A DNA stretch of 63,389 bases, the filler included, from Choristocarpus tenellus KU-1152 (taxonomy: Eukaryota > Protista > Phaeophyceae), in NCBI GenBank assembly GCA_964200185.2. It is 10 parts of 10 records of this genome, joined end to end, with 100 filler letters (N's around TTAATTAATTAA, not from the genome) between each part and the next. Parts side by side here need not be neighbours in the genome. Positions count along the whole stretch, not along the records: positions 12,766 to 25,341 come from CAXNAD020001779.1; positions 25,442 to 29,595 come from CAXNAD020015944.1; 8 more parts are not named here. One strand, written 5' to 3'. The notes beneath the pieces are model-generated. The model was not told the origin of the DNA. It worked only from the letters and a program-made list of their open reading frames with translations, and did not search any database. Of the stretch, positions 13,660 through 26,945 are shown piece after piece; the stretch's first letter is position 1, and each line of letters opens with the position of its first letter. The translations under genes were made by a program, and so were the position numbers.

Positions 13660-14080
13660 ACCGGAGTCTCATGCCCAACTTTGGTGCATATATTCCTGGA
13701 CTTAGACCAAGACACATAGCACCCGTCAATGTGACCCGAGATGATGGATGCTGATCTACTCTTTGTCACGATATAGCTGCGTTATGATCATCTAGCAGTC
13801 ACTACCACCCATCGTTGAGTTGTACAGGTGCAAGATGATCAACAGTGAGAAATGGCACCCAGAGTCTCATGAGAAACTGTTGCAAATATACTTCTTGACC
13901 TAGAGCAAGATAAACACCACCTGTTGACGTGACAGGAGACAATGAGTGCTGATCTTACTCTGTGCCTGGACATATCTGAGTTTTGATCATCCAGCAGCCA
14001 CTACCGACCATAATTGAGTTCTGTAGGGCAAGAGGATGCAAAATGAGAAAGGATACCCACTAAAGACTATCATATTCCAG
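13660..14080. repeat. Diverged tandem repeat, unit ~198 bp, ~2.1 copies
   Basis: GAGTCTCATG at 13664 and 13862; TGCTGATCT..CTCT, TGATCATC.AGCAG.CACTACC and TGAGAAA.G..ACCC recur at the same period. Confidence 0.75.
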
Positions 14081-14611
14081 GGGACTTGCACTCAATCGAG
14101 TGGATCAGTCATAGATTGAAGTGCAAGGAGTCAAAGAGGGGCAATGACTACGAAGGAGAGCATGGAAAGCGACAAGCAGACAGGAAGATCAGCCCCATAG
14201 TTCACATTCCAAATGAAGCTCTAATGATATTCAATTGCACCAACGAAAATCGAGGGGTTTATAGGGAGGAGAGAAGGTGCCTGTGCCCTTGAGGCAGCAT
14301 TGGGCAGAAGGAATAAATGGAACTTCTGACACAGTACAGGACTGAGATCGCAAGAGGAAATATTTCCTTCCCTCCTCACAGTCAGGTCTCTTCAGAAGAT
14401 TTTGTGGTGGTGGTTATTGAATGAATAACTGGTGCTGCAGAACATACTAAAAATTGGTGAGAGGAAATCCCAAACCATTTATCAACGTGACTACCATTTC
14501 TCCCAGGCATTTGGTTACCTTGTGCATGGCAGCAGTAGGCCGATGAGAGATAGAGTGAAGACACAGAAAAGTAAATGTTACTCATAGTAAATTAGTATGA
14601 ATTTTGCATGA

Positions 14612-14872
14612 GAGTGAAAGTATCTTAGAGGGTACGAGTTTTTCCCTGTTTGTCCATTCAAGGCTTGGCTTTCCACGGGTTTTTAATGACATTTTACCCA
14701 TTCCAAAATATGTTGGAATAGGTTAAATATGTATGTAATAAAAAGGTGTGTCCGAAACAAGGATATCGACATCTCCAAACAAACACGATAGTCAAAATTG
14801 CATCAAAATTATAACATTAGATTTTGACCCCCAAATGGAAGCTGCTATACCCTTTATAAGATACTTTGACTT
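14612..14872 (-). mobile_element. MITE family A
   Basis: Reverse copy; TSD TGA. Confidence 0.9.
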
Positions 14873-15369
14873 TGAACATGTTCAAAGGTTCCATTTTGAT
14901 CTGGTCTTCATGGTATTGTCACACAGGATAGTACAGGTATGCTGCCTTTGAGCTTGCCATGTAGAAGGGCATAATTGAAACCATATTTCCATTAAAAATA
15001 GTCTAGCATCCAAGGGATTCAAACCTGCTAAACATGTCGGGTATTCATCAAATCATGCACTTCCAGACGATAGTGCTCTCTGTCAAGGCACAGTCCCTGA
15101 AAATATATAAGAATAATGCCGAGAGAGAGCCCAGGAGAAAGGGGAGCAATTGGGAGCATGTGTTTGTGCCTTCAGCATCAGTTTTACATTCCTTCTGCAT
15201 ACTCTGCTCTTGGTGTGGTTTGCTCAAGATATGACTCTTGGCCAAGCTGTGAAGTTTGCATGAACACAGCCAGAAAAAATCAGGAAGTGCAACACGGCGT
15301 TTAGAGATAAGGGGAAACAGGGCATCTGTCTACTAGAAAAATCCAAAACATTCCACTTGCTGCACAAGG

Positions 15370-15549
15370 GGCTCAAAGTATCTGGGGGTGGTTGGCGGCT
15401 GTCCATTTAGGGTTCAATTTTTCCACATCACAATTTTTGTGTGATTTGGTTGCATGCGTCAGATGGGTAGTGTAAGTTCACTTCCCCTGGTCAGGTTCCA
15501 AATAGACACACTGATGTAGACTCCCTTCCCTCCCAATATACTTTGACCC
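15370..15549 (+). mobile_element. MITE family B (~180 bp)
   Basis: GGCTCAAAGTATCTGGGGG ... ATACTTTGACCC; TSD AGG. Confidence 0.88.
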
Positions 15550-15559
15550 AGGACGACGT

Positions 15560-16800
15560 AAAGGATAGATGCCTAAAACGTGGCCGCAGAAAGATACCAT
15601 GAAGAAGGAGGGCACTGATACAAGAGCAAGAAGAACAAAGACAATCCCTCAACATGAAGATTTCTCTATTGGGTGTAGACAGGGCAAAGGTTCGGGAGGA
15701 TATGCCCCTGTGTGAACCATTGTGTCAGAGAGGACGGTAAGTGAGTGTATGAAATATGGAACCCAACTGCAAGGGTGTGGCCAAGCAAGTTGGGCTGTTG
15801 CTACTGTATGGAAGATCTTGTTCATAGTTGATGTAACAAAGAGGACGTGGTGGCGAATCTTTAAAAAGTGCATATTCCTGCTTATTTTCGACCCTTGGAC
15901 TACAAGCAAATAGTGGATGCGTGCCAGCATAGAGGTTAAAGATGCCCGTGGTGTCTCCATGGAGCACGTGACCAAGCTTGAACAAGCTAGGAGTGGATGC
16001 CTGAAGCTCAACATAGAACCTTTCGGTAGCTCCCCATGATTTTCCGCAACAGGTCAAGACAAGGGTGGTAGGTCCTCCATGATGGCAAGCTGGTACTGAT
16101 TTTCTTAAGAGACAAGGCCAATTTTAGATGTGAGATCTCTAAAGAACTCAGAAGTACTGCATTCTTCAACTTCTGAACTTAATGCCCAGGATAAGGTTTA
16201 TGACTTACGAACAACTCCTTCTTTCAATTTCTCTCTATTTCGGAAGGCCAACCAAGGAGGGGCTTTTCCATGGCGCTATTCCAGAATTGCCCTCCTCAAG
16301 ACCAAGTTAGATTAAACTGGGATTGTTGTTTCAGGAACTCTGAGAGCAAAGGGATTCCAGGTTTCTACGGACGTCCAGAGAGACAAGATTATTGACATCA
16401 GTGCTGAAAGCTCCTATGCTGCCCATGTAACGTCAGTGGGTGCACTTGGTGAGTCGAAAGAGTATCGGGACATTTACACAGTCCACAAAGATGAAGAAGG
16501 CACTATTGCACTTAGCTATAGTGCCTTCAGAGCATGAGCGGAATAAGGACGGTTACTGAAAGGTCTCCTGCACGGTGTTAATAGAAAATATGACAGATGT
16601 AACAAGGAGGTTGCAACCACTTGTCCAAACCCTTCTTCAATTGGCCCTTATGCCACGATTGCCAAGAGAAGGGGATGACTTCTATGTCCAGAACGATTGT
16701 TGGAGCGGATAGGACCAGGAAGGTGTGAAATTGTCTTCACTTCAACCCACCTCACTGCTTGCAAATACCCCTTAAGTGGGCTGTGCTGAGGTAATCTGTG
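15560..16800 (+). pseudogene. Decayed copia-like integrase/RT remnant
   Basis: QLQGCGQASW..ILFIVDVTKRTWWRIFKK resembles the integrase core DlxGP...l.ivDd.sR..W.y.lk.K; frameshifted. Confidence 0.45.
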
Positions 16801-17535
16801 CCTGCCAGTAAGAAATATGATTATCGCACTATGCATGCAGGTGTGATCCGTTTGTCATGTTGGTATTTTTGAACTTCAAATTGGACAGTGGGGAATTCGA
16901 AACTATAAGTAAAGGCATCAAGGACCAGGACCCTGCTAGACAGAAAATACAACTTGGGTTCTAATCCAACCATCCCCTATTTGCTACAACACATTCAAGT
17001 CACAATTGGACCTGGAAAATATTTCTTCTACTTAGTATGTTTTAATGGCCACCTTTTATCATGACAAACTTTCTCCTCTCCACAACAGACACTAGCAACC
17101 ATTTCTGATTTCGATCTCATCATAATGCAGGGGAGATGTAGATGATCTGTACAGAATATTTTCAGACAGATATTGACTGACACGCAATTTCACCAAAAAT
17201 ATATTTCAATACGGTGATAGAACATACTCAAACACACTGGAGGAAAATAGAACATCCAACTGTATGCGGCGAGAGTCCATTAGTTGAGAAGCTATTATCT
17301 CTAGGAACTGTCGCCTTACACACACGAAAATGACAAGATCTGTTGTATTGGAGGTTGGGAGCTACTGCAGTCTAAGAATCAAGAAAACATTGATAAGACG
17401 AAGGATAAGTTGTAGGGGGAGAAGAAACCTTGAGCAGTAAAGAATATTAACACACATGCATCAACTTCATAGGTTCAAAGAATTCTTACAGTACAATAAT
17501 CCAGGTGTAGTATTGTAACTTAAGAAATTCCTCAC

Positions 17536-20500
17536 CGATGCAGACAGGTCCTCGAATTTAGGGATATCTTTTAGGATCTTCCCATCATATCTCCGGGCTC
17601 CCTTTCTTGTCTCAAAAACTGCCAAGTAGGTAATGTCAATCAAGTCCCACCCAAGCAAGTGTCTCAGCAGCAGGAGACCCACATCAAACTTGTCCGTGAG
17701 AAGCACCTTCCAATGAAAAAAAATGATGGAAGACTTCTCAGCAGAAGATGAGAACAAATGCTAAGATTTGATAAGGGGGGGAGGGGTCATTTGTTTGTGG
17801 TAGAAGATGTGGGCGCTGTTGATGACATCAGTCACGATCAGAAGAGAAGGAGGAAGTAGAAAATATTGAAGGCAACAGTACGGGATAAAATACATATGTG
17901 GGTGGGAGAGTGAGAGTGAGAGGTTTGGAAGTGGCAAAACAAACTTGATGGACAACAATGTATGTGTCAAGGAAACTATTTCACATTGTGGTCCAACTGC
18001 ATAATTATGGTCTTCTAGCAACTGTCCCACCCCATATTCATTCATGTCACAAAATGAGGATATTTGCCACATGTGTTGTACTTATACTTACGGTCTATTT
18101 GATCATTTTCTTCTTGGCAGGCATGATACTCGGAAGTATAGCTTGCACAAAAGATATCGCATATTTTCCAAACCCCTTCAGGAAACAGCGGAACAAATAT
18201 AAATAAAAATACAACCCTCTCAAAATAACACTGCTCTACAAGTACAAGATGATCAAATTATGGAGAAAATTTATTTTTCCCATCTTCATTCGGCCACATT
18301 ACGTTCCAAAGCATGTGGAATTCCATTGGCAATAGAAATGCATCCTATCACTTGGTGAGTATGTTTAAGATCAGATTGTGGACAAGAACAGCCCGTATAT
18401 ATTCCCTTCAATCCTTCTCCAGGCCCCAGTATCTCTAAAGCACAGTAGTTGTGGCATAAATATGAATAGTTCGCCTTGGTTACGTTGTCTCACAAGCTTG
18501 AACTTGGGCAGGTCGTTCTCAATAAAGCTCCAGAGTTGCTCCTCATCGTAGATGCCAAACTCGGCAGACATTGGGTTGTTCAACATGGTGTTGTCATTCT
18601 CGGTCCACAGAATTTTATTGATGGGTTCCTGTTATACAACAAAGGCAATAAACCCCAAGAGCAGGCGCACGACAAGATAGAATAGAGGTTGACAGAATGA
18701 GGAAAATTATTGCTACGAATGAGGAGATTCATCTGATTGGAAAATATTGCTGAACATAAATACAATATACTTTTGGGCTTTCTGATGAAAAATGTATGAG
18801 CGAAGTCACTCTTCATGATGATGGCAATTACCGTAAAACATAGAGATCTCTACACTGCTGCCAGTATTATGATCAATTGAACCATAACATCAACTCTCAC
18901 TCCCATTTAACAACAAACAGTCAACTCCCTCTATCCTCAAATATTTTTCTCCTTAGAAGGATCACCTACGAACTGTCCTCAAGTTCGAATCTTGCCTTTG
19001 TCTTCGGTTCTATAAAGTAGTAGTACATGGAGAGCAAGTGTGAAGTTGGCTTTCGCAGCAGAGTGACATATTTTATCCTCTCTGGATCTTTCATGATCGC
19101 TTCATATTTTTCCCTCGCCTCAGTCCAACTCATTCCAAGGTCTCCACGGCCAGAAATGTGGTAGTGCATGATGTCCAACCTCTTGTTGGCCCACTTCATC
19201 TGTTTGTGTAGATACACCCCATACCCAAGTGGCAATGAGTACAAAAAACCAAGCAAAAAGATGAATTGAGGAAATAAATTTCAATTTGTTGGTGGTGACA
19301 AAGGTGCGATATGATAATATTCAATATCAAACAGGCAGCTGGTGTGGGGTACGAACCACTGCCCCCTCCCGATAAGCAAGGACACACAGACAATTAAGGG
19401 ACAGGGAGACATCGTTTTAGTTTAAATTTTCTCTTTTGTCGTTTCACTTACTTCTCAATTTCTAAACAACACAACTACTCACAGATTTTGCTGCCCTAGC
19501 TAGGTTGATGGTGGTCTTGCGTTCAGGAGGAAAGGATGCCAGCTATGCAGGCCACGAGCAGGGAGAGCATCCAGGTGGTGTGGGTGGCACAAGACCGGTT
19601 GTTTGGTTCTTTTCAAAGTCAGAGGTGCACTAGGTGGGAACGTAAGAGCCAAAGTATACTAGAGGGTAGGACCGTGTCCCTTTGGGGGTCAAATCCATTG
19701 TTGCAATTTTGATCTAATTTTGGCTACTATGTTTGTTAGGAAGTGTCAATATCCTTGTTCCAGACACACCTTTTCATAGCGTATACATTGACCTACTCCG
19801 AAACATTTTGGAGTGGGCAAATGTCATTAAAAAAAACACGGAAGCCAAGCCCCAAATGGACAAACATGGCAAAACTCGTACCCTCTAAGATACTCATACT
19901 TTAACATTAAAGTGTGTCTAGAGTCCCCAACCTTAACATCAGAAAGTAAACAAGAGATACTCAGGGTTGTACTTTAAGGATAGTGACAATTATGTGCAAA
20001 ATTCAGCATTTTGTACAAATGTGTGTAGGAAATTTACATAATTCTTGTTGAATATTTCAAACAATGGATAAACCAATGCTCTCATGTCAATCTTGTCACT
20101 TCAACCATGGGAATAAAGACGAATTGCAAAAGATGAAAAAGGTGACTAACAATTCATAAACGGTCAAAGCCTGGGTGTCTTTTGTTTACTTTGGCTCTGC
20201 GTGAGACATCTACCTCATTGACAAAGATTGACTTTGTGATTAATATGTATCAAGTTTGATGAGCGAACAAGTGAAACAAACACAACAACAGCAACTGTAC
20301 AATTTCACTAGTAGCTTGGATCATCCTCACAACACTCTGGAAATCCCAGTGCGAATGAACATAGACTATGGGACCAGAGCATATATACTGGCTAAATATT
20401 CAAAATACTGATTTTTCTGCAATTGCACAGGACAGACCCAGTGCCGCATACCCTGAATCCCACCCCATACCAAATTCAACAACTACTTAAATCCTCAGCA

Positions 20501-21643
20501 CTCGAAGGACAGGTTTGGGCATGGAATGCGTAGTGACGGAAGGGATGAGGGAGTTCAAAGTGGAGAGTGACTTCAAACATGTACCAGAAGGTTGTGTCGT
20601 ACAGCATAACGCATAAGAATGCTAGAAAAGGTGGTGGATCCCGTCTTGTGAGTCTTGATATAGGCAATGTTGGACTCCTGGTCACAAATGTATCGTCAGT
20701 GTAGAATTCAAGATGCAAAGCAGATGGGAAGATGGGAGTGTAGGTCAGAGGGTGAGTGAGGCGTAGGGTTGTAGAACGGAAGAAGGCTGTTATTGGCTTT
20801 TGAAGAAGTGACGTTGCTTCAATAGTTATGAGAGCAGCAGCCAAGACCCGAGCCCAAGTCACAGTGCATATATCACAGCAAAAATCTATTTCAAAGATGT
20901 AATCTACTGACTACATACAAAGAACAAGATGCAAAGTGCATGAGAAACACAATTTGAAAGTGAGTGCCAGTCAGGCAACAATCCGAGCGAATAACTTAAT
21001 AGACATTGCATATGTATCATGAAATTGATTAAAATGTTCCTTAATCCCACCACTGTCAAACAACAAAGAGCACAGGCTTGTATCAGAGAATGTTGGAGCT
21101 ACAGTACCTTCAACACTCCCTGCCTACCAGGAACCTCCATTGAGAACACCAAAATACATTGACACATCACTGCACATATTGTCCTTGGTAGAACTTTCTA
21201 TTGTGATTGGCAATCCCAAGCATTGTCTTCAAAAACCATCCCTGTTTGTTTGTTGATACAACAACATGACTGGACCAACATCATCTCCATCAATAAAATA
21301 TGACGAAAAAATTATTTGTAATTCCTTGCAGGGCACTCATTGTCTTCATTTTGGCAAGAAACAAAACATGGCAAAACCAACCTAACCACCTCAGCCCTCC
21401 CAATAAACCTCTGACCTGGTTATCTGTTTTGGCAATGCTTGTATTGACAAGGTCATTCAAATAATCATCAGGATCCATCTCCAAAATTGATATTAACTTG
21501 GCCGAACCTTCATCATCCTCCCCCCCTATCCCACGCCCTGTGCCCCCCCCTTCCTTTTCCTCCCCTTCGTTTCCATATCTTTTAGCCTGTACAGCTGACG
21601 TCACTTTGCCATGTCTTGTTTCACCTGGTTCATCATGAGGCAT
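17536..21643 (-). CDS. Galactose-3-O-sulfotransferase-like sulfotransferase (partial); exons ~21643-21416, 20677-20585, 19542-19483, 19199-18996, 18628-18494, 17706-17536
   Basis: All joins are phase 0. 5'-PSB motif NIAYIKTHKTGSTT, 3'-PB motif YVTLLRKPTSHLLSMYYY, then LNNPMSAEFG and VLLTDKFDVGLLLLRHLLGW. First and last exons not resolved (possible extra exon 22063-22111). Confidence 0.85.
19646..19901 (+). mobile_element. MITE family A (in sulfotransferase intron)
   Basis: TIRs; TSD TAA. Confidence 0.9.
19938..20197 (+). mobile_element. MITE family C, diverged copy
   Basis: AAAGTAAACAAGAGATACTCAG ... TGTGCAAAATTCAGC ... CTGGGTGTCTTTTGTTTACTTTGGCTC; colinear with 26683-26945. Confidence 0.75.
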
Positions 21644-24600
21644 CGATGGGAGCAGGGTGGCGGCAATTGGGTGTGAAACTTGTGTACAAGCTACTCACAC
21701 ATTTTTTCTATGTATTTAGGTCCTGGCTAGGTTTGGCGCAGGGCTTAGGTACCTCGAGATAAAATACACATCAAAATACAGTAGCCTGAATGCCCCTTTT
21801 ATTAATACCAATTTGAACAGGGCTGAGAGAATATTCTAATACAACTCGAAATACTATTGAAATGGAAAGACAACTAGGGATGGTCCACATGGGAGTGGTT
21901 GGGTTGTCTAAGAATATGTCATGAAACATCATTGATCTTATGTTATTTCTACGTATAAAGAGCTAGCAACTCCGTTCACTGGGGAGTGAGAGGTTGAATG
22001 ACTTCAGTGCGTGCAGAAAACAACATGCATATTCTGGTTTAAGGAAGGTACTTATTCCTCACGGTCTGGTCAATATGCGAAAGGAATTATACTGAGTAAA
22101 CAGCCAAGCACCTGGAAAGAGCAGGGACATAGTGTTCAAGCAACACAATATTCGCAATTGGGTGTAGTACAGTAACTCATGAGTTATTTTTATTGGAAGA
22201 TGACTAAACAACCATCTTGACAGCCTCCATGGGACGATTGTAAATTCAACCTCAATAATCCTGAAAATGAGAGGATTTGGCCTATCCCATTTATCTCATA
22301 ACCATTTTGGGATGATTAAATATTGACCCAGAATGACATCATTCCGACCTGGATTGACCTGAGATCTCCAAACATAATTTGGTTAATGTAGGTAGGTAGA
22401 TGTCTTGTCATGGGCAACAAAGCGATATGTGGAGAGTGTGTTGATGCACATATTGAACGACACAGGGTGTGCTCCAAAGTTCCAAATGATGTTTTGCTAC
22501 AACCAACACTAAGACGACTCAGACTGGATCAAACTATATTTTCTCACACAAGATATCCCGAAGAAATTGGGAAAGGATGATATCTCAGGATTCGAATTTT
22601 TCGATTCCTCTTCCTTAAACCTGTCTTAATGCATAGATCAATTATCTACTTTACTATGTCGTGCACTATGACCTTCTAAAAAGATATCCTTCCTAGAGAC
22701 CTTATCAAGTGGCAAATTTTACCAATTTTATATGCCCATTGATAAAAATATTATTTTCGAAAAAAGAAAATTAGGCATTGGGACCTTGATGATCTTGACC
22801 TTAATCCAAACTCAACAATGTATATTGAATAGTTCTTGAAAAGATAAATCAAAGTAACTCTAAAAAATTACAGAACAAAATGGACCCACTATTTTGTTTG
22901 GTCGAGTTAGAGGTTTCCGACGATACATTTGGTCAATGCAAAGCATAGCACCAATCTTTCAGAATAAGTCGATTTGGTGGGTGATTTATTGCGAATATAA
23001 TGTTATATTTGCGGCATTGGTGGACATGGAGACTCTTGCATGGACTTTTTGCGTTTTCACTTACGTACTATATGTTGGAAGATCTGAATAGCATGTTGTC
23101 CATAGAAGAAATATTTCCATGACCATTGACACGTTGGAGATGTCTTGGAGGGAGCAACAAGTAATATTTGAGGCAAAGAGCAGAACAAATCTCATAACCA
23201 CAGAGTCTAAAGTTCTCACAGTAACGACCTAGTTAGCCGTCAACCATAATTGGAGAATATTTCAAAGCAAGAAAACTCTATCCACACCAGGAATCTATAT
23301 CATAGTAAATACATTTAGAATTCGGTAATGCTATGGCAAGGAAACAGTAACACTTTCAAATGGTACATCAAGTGTGTACTGTGTGTTTTGTTGAAAGAGA
23401 CTGGAAGCAAACACACAAAAAACACGCGGAGCATGGTGCAGGAAAAATGTTTTATTCAGAGAGCCCAGTGCATGCTTGCAAAAATGTATATATTTAACAG
23501 ATCAGCCTCTTTGATATATTTGATGATTACTCCCTGAAAGGTATTCCTATCATTATATTAATCTCTCTCAAGATGTCACCGCCCTTCAGATGAGAAAATA
23601 TAATTATCAACTTGCACCCATTATCACACCCTAAACCCATAGCTCTCCATACATTATTGTCTCAATCATTTTTTTGGATAATATCATTATATTGGAGCTC
23701 ATACGTACTTGGGCGATTTGGACATCATCGCACTCTTTCATATTCTATGCCTTGTCATTCCATGATTCCTACATTCAAAATTATGTAATTCAATTTGTAC
23801 TTTTATGGAATTGGCATTCTGTTAGATGTTGCATGCGCTATAAAGGTTGCTGCCAAAGTGACTAGATGTTAATTACGGGAGGTCACCCTTCGAATCTCTG
23901 TAATATGCATGGTGCAGGGTTTTCGTCATTTCCTTCCATATATACCTCCAGATGCATGAGCAACAGGCTTTCTCTGCATGCTCTTGCCATCAATAGACTG
24001 GAAGAGAATAAAAACTGTTCTAAATCACAGAATAGACCAGCAAAAATATTGAAATAAACAAAAACAGAGGGTTTCCAAACCTTGCGGAAAATATAAAAGT
24101 ATTACACGTGAGATTTCCCGGTTCCTAACAGCAATTTTCATACGTCAAATGTGCTTCCATAAGTATTTGGCATTAAGACTTGAAAGAGTAAAGTACTATT
24201 GTTTTGTGAAACGTTGATATATTATTGATGGATCATCTTGTTGGATTATATTATCCTTTGTACCTTTTGACATTTTTCTAGGAATTTCTTCTTGTGGACA
24301 AAAAAACACTACTTGTACCTGACAGACACATATTGTACTTTGAAGATTCACGTCATAATTTATTGCCACTGTATATGGTACATGTACAGTAGATTGTGTG
24401 TGATTGTGCTTCTGTTACCATCAAACTGTCTCTAGTCGTTTTCAGCCCATTCATGGAACCGATCTGGAAGACTGATACATTTAGTTCAGTACACTGATCA
24501 AAAGGGCTAATTTTTGGTGCAGCTGGAGAATAAACTCTGGTACTAGAGTACATATCGAAGCACTTTGACACCCCAATACATCTCTGCTATCTTTCACCCT

Positions 24601-24919
24601 AGTTTGTTGCGTCCTCGCCTTAACATTAACCATGAGCCTGTGCTTTCTTGTCTTTGACTAACCAAAGGTGTCCATCCACCTTCTGCGAAATATGGAGAAA
24701 CTGCAAGTACTCCAGTCAAGAGGCTCAGGCAACTATATGTCATCACTTCAAGGTCCAGTCTCTTGAGTGGGTTGTGACATTCGTACCTAGACATTAGCAA
24801 TACGGGATGCTATTTGTTCTTACCACCCGTCAGAAAGTCTTTGTGATACTTGTGTTGTATTACATTTACACAAGTCTTCATTCTTACACGTTTCACTCTC
24901 CAGGGTTATATGTGATATG

Positions 24920-25174
24920 GAGTCAAAGTATCTTAGAGGGTAGAGCTGTGTCCACTTGGGGGCCAAATCCAATGTTGCAATTTTGATGTACTTTTGGCTA
25001 TCGTGTTAGAAATTTTCAACACCCTTGTTCCGGACACACCTTTACAAAACGTATATATTTTACCTACTCTCAAACATTTCGGGGTAAGTAAAATGTCGTA
25101 AGAAACCCGTGGGAAGGTCAAGTCACGAACGAACAATCAGGGTAAAACTCGTGCCCTCTAAGATACTTTTACTC
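24920..25174 (+). mobile_element. MITE family A
   Basis: TIRs; TSD ATG. Confidence 0.92.
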
Positions 25175-25452
25175 ATGTGGTACGTTATGCAGACCCTTTG
25201 GATTTCAGCATTTCTCCTATCAACAAAGACACATTTGTGCAAATATACTACTCCAGTATATTGCTTGGTGTTCAGCTTGTATTAGAGTGTTTTAGCACGG
25301 CTCAAAGTATCTGGGGGGGGGGGTAGCAACTGTCCATTTGGNNNNNNNNNNNNNNNNNNNNNNNNNNNNNNNNNNNNNNNNNNNNTTAATTAATTAANNN
25401 NNNNNNNNNNNNNNNNNNNNNNNNNNNNNNNNNNNNNNNNNGGATATATCCA

Positions 25453-25633
25453 GGCTCAAAATATCTGGGGGGGGGGGGGTCTACACCAGGGTGTCCGTCC
25501 ACTTGGGCCTTGACCAGGAGAAGGGCACTTACATTATCTATCTGACGCACGCAAACAAATCACCCAAAGATCGCGAGATGGAAAAATAGGCCCCGAATGG
25601 ACAGCCATCACCCCCCCCCAGATACTTCAAGTC
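25453..25633 (-). mobile_element. MITE family B
   Basis: TIRs with G/C runs; TSD CCA. Confidence 0.85.
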
Positions 25634-26682
25634 CCAATTTGTTATGCCGTGGTGGTGAGTGCAAGTGGGAAAAGACACGAGAGAAAATCCTTTTCTCAAG
25701 GAAATACTTCAATATCAAGTATTGTACGGATGTGTGTGTCACAGACGACATTACTACTACTATGTAATTCATTTTACACAATATATTCAACAATCATCAT
25801 CCTGCTTCGTTCTTCTTCATTTCTGGTTGTGACATTAATTTACATTTATAGACTGCCTGCCACCAAATCATATACTGAGCACATTCTACTACACATCACC
25901 TATTAATAGGACACAATCAAAACATCATCTGGACTTATTAGTCAATAATAGTTATTATTGGCAGTATCAGCCACTAACAAAGAGCATCACCAAACGCAGT
26001 TTGTAGTCTTTGCAATCCAAAAAGGGATGGGGGGCAGTGTTGGGCAGGATAAAATACAAGCACAGGGCATGGCAAACCCACAGGAGATGGAGATGAGGAG
26101 GAGGAAGGGGTATTCTCCAGCGGAGTGTGAATAGCGACTTTTTTTTCAGCATGATTCGATTTATTGAGAAGGAATTGATGTTCAGTATTGTAATTGAAAG
26201 TTTCATTTTCAGATATGTAATAGCAATGAATTTACATGTATGTATTGAAGCACCAGCAGGAGCCACACTGCATGCTTGGGTCCTGCTGACCGCAGTCAGG
26301 GTTTCAAATCTAACTATCCACTATACATCTCCATCCATGGCTATAAATCTGCCCGATACCTATGGAGGCTTTGGGTCTGAATACCATCATAATATGAGGA
26401 TCCATCACCCAGATGTATCCTCCCTCCAAATCCCGGTTTATGATGAGTGTTTCTAGAGCAAATTTTACGGGCACTTGCCCAACTCACAACATTACCTACA
26501 GGAGAAGGTACTTATGGTGGAGAAGAGCGCACATACGAGTAAAGTGAAATTTGTTGCACACCCATCCGTTGAGGCCTCTTACAAGCCTGAAAGGAGACTC
26601 TTGTCTCACAGTGCCCAACACGTTCTGCACCTCGCCATGCAGCACATGCTTCGATTGAATCAAAACAACAGAAATTTGTCAT

Positions 26683-26945
26683 GAGTCAAAGTAAACGAGA
26701 GGTACCCAGAGGTGCATTTTAAGGATACTGACAAATGTGTATGTGCAAAATTCAGCTTTTTTTTTCAAACGTACAAAGGACATCAACTGAATTGTATCGG
26801 AAACGTTTCAAACAGAGAAATAGACGCTCTCAAGTCCAAACTTAGAACTTCACCCATAGATATTTGGGCGAACTAAAAAAGACTGAAAAACAGACTTGAA
26901 GTGCAAAACGATCAAAACCTGGGTACCTCTCGTTTACATTGACTC
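26683..26945 (+). mobile_element. MITE family C (~263 bp)
   Basis: GAGTCAAAGTAAACGAGAGGTACCCAG ... CTGGGTACCTCTCGTTTACATTGACTC (27-bp TIR, one mismatch); no clear TSD. Confidence 0.85.

Noticed and set aside
20476-20862. 128-aa minus-strand ORF
   Set aside because: Wrong frame; the real exon (20677-20585, KTHKTGSTT) lies inside it in another frame.
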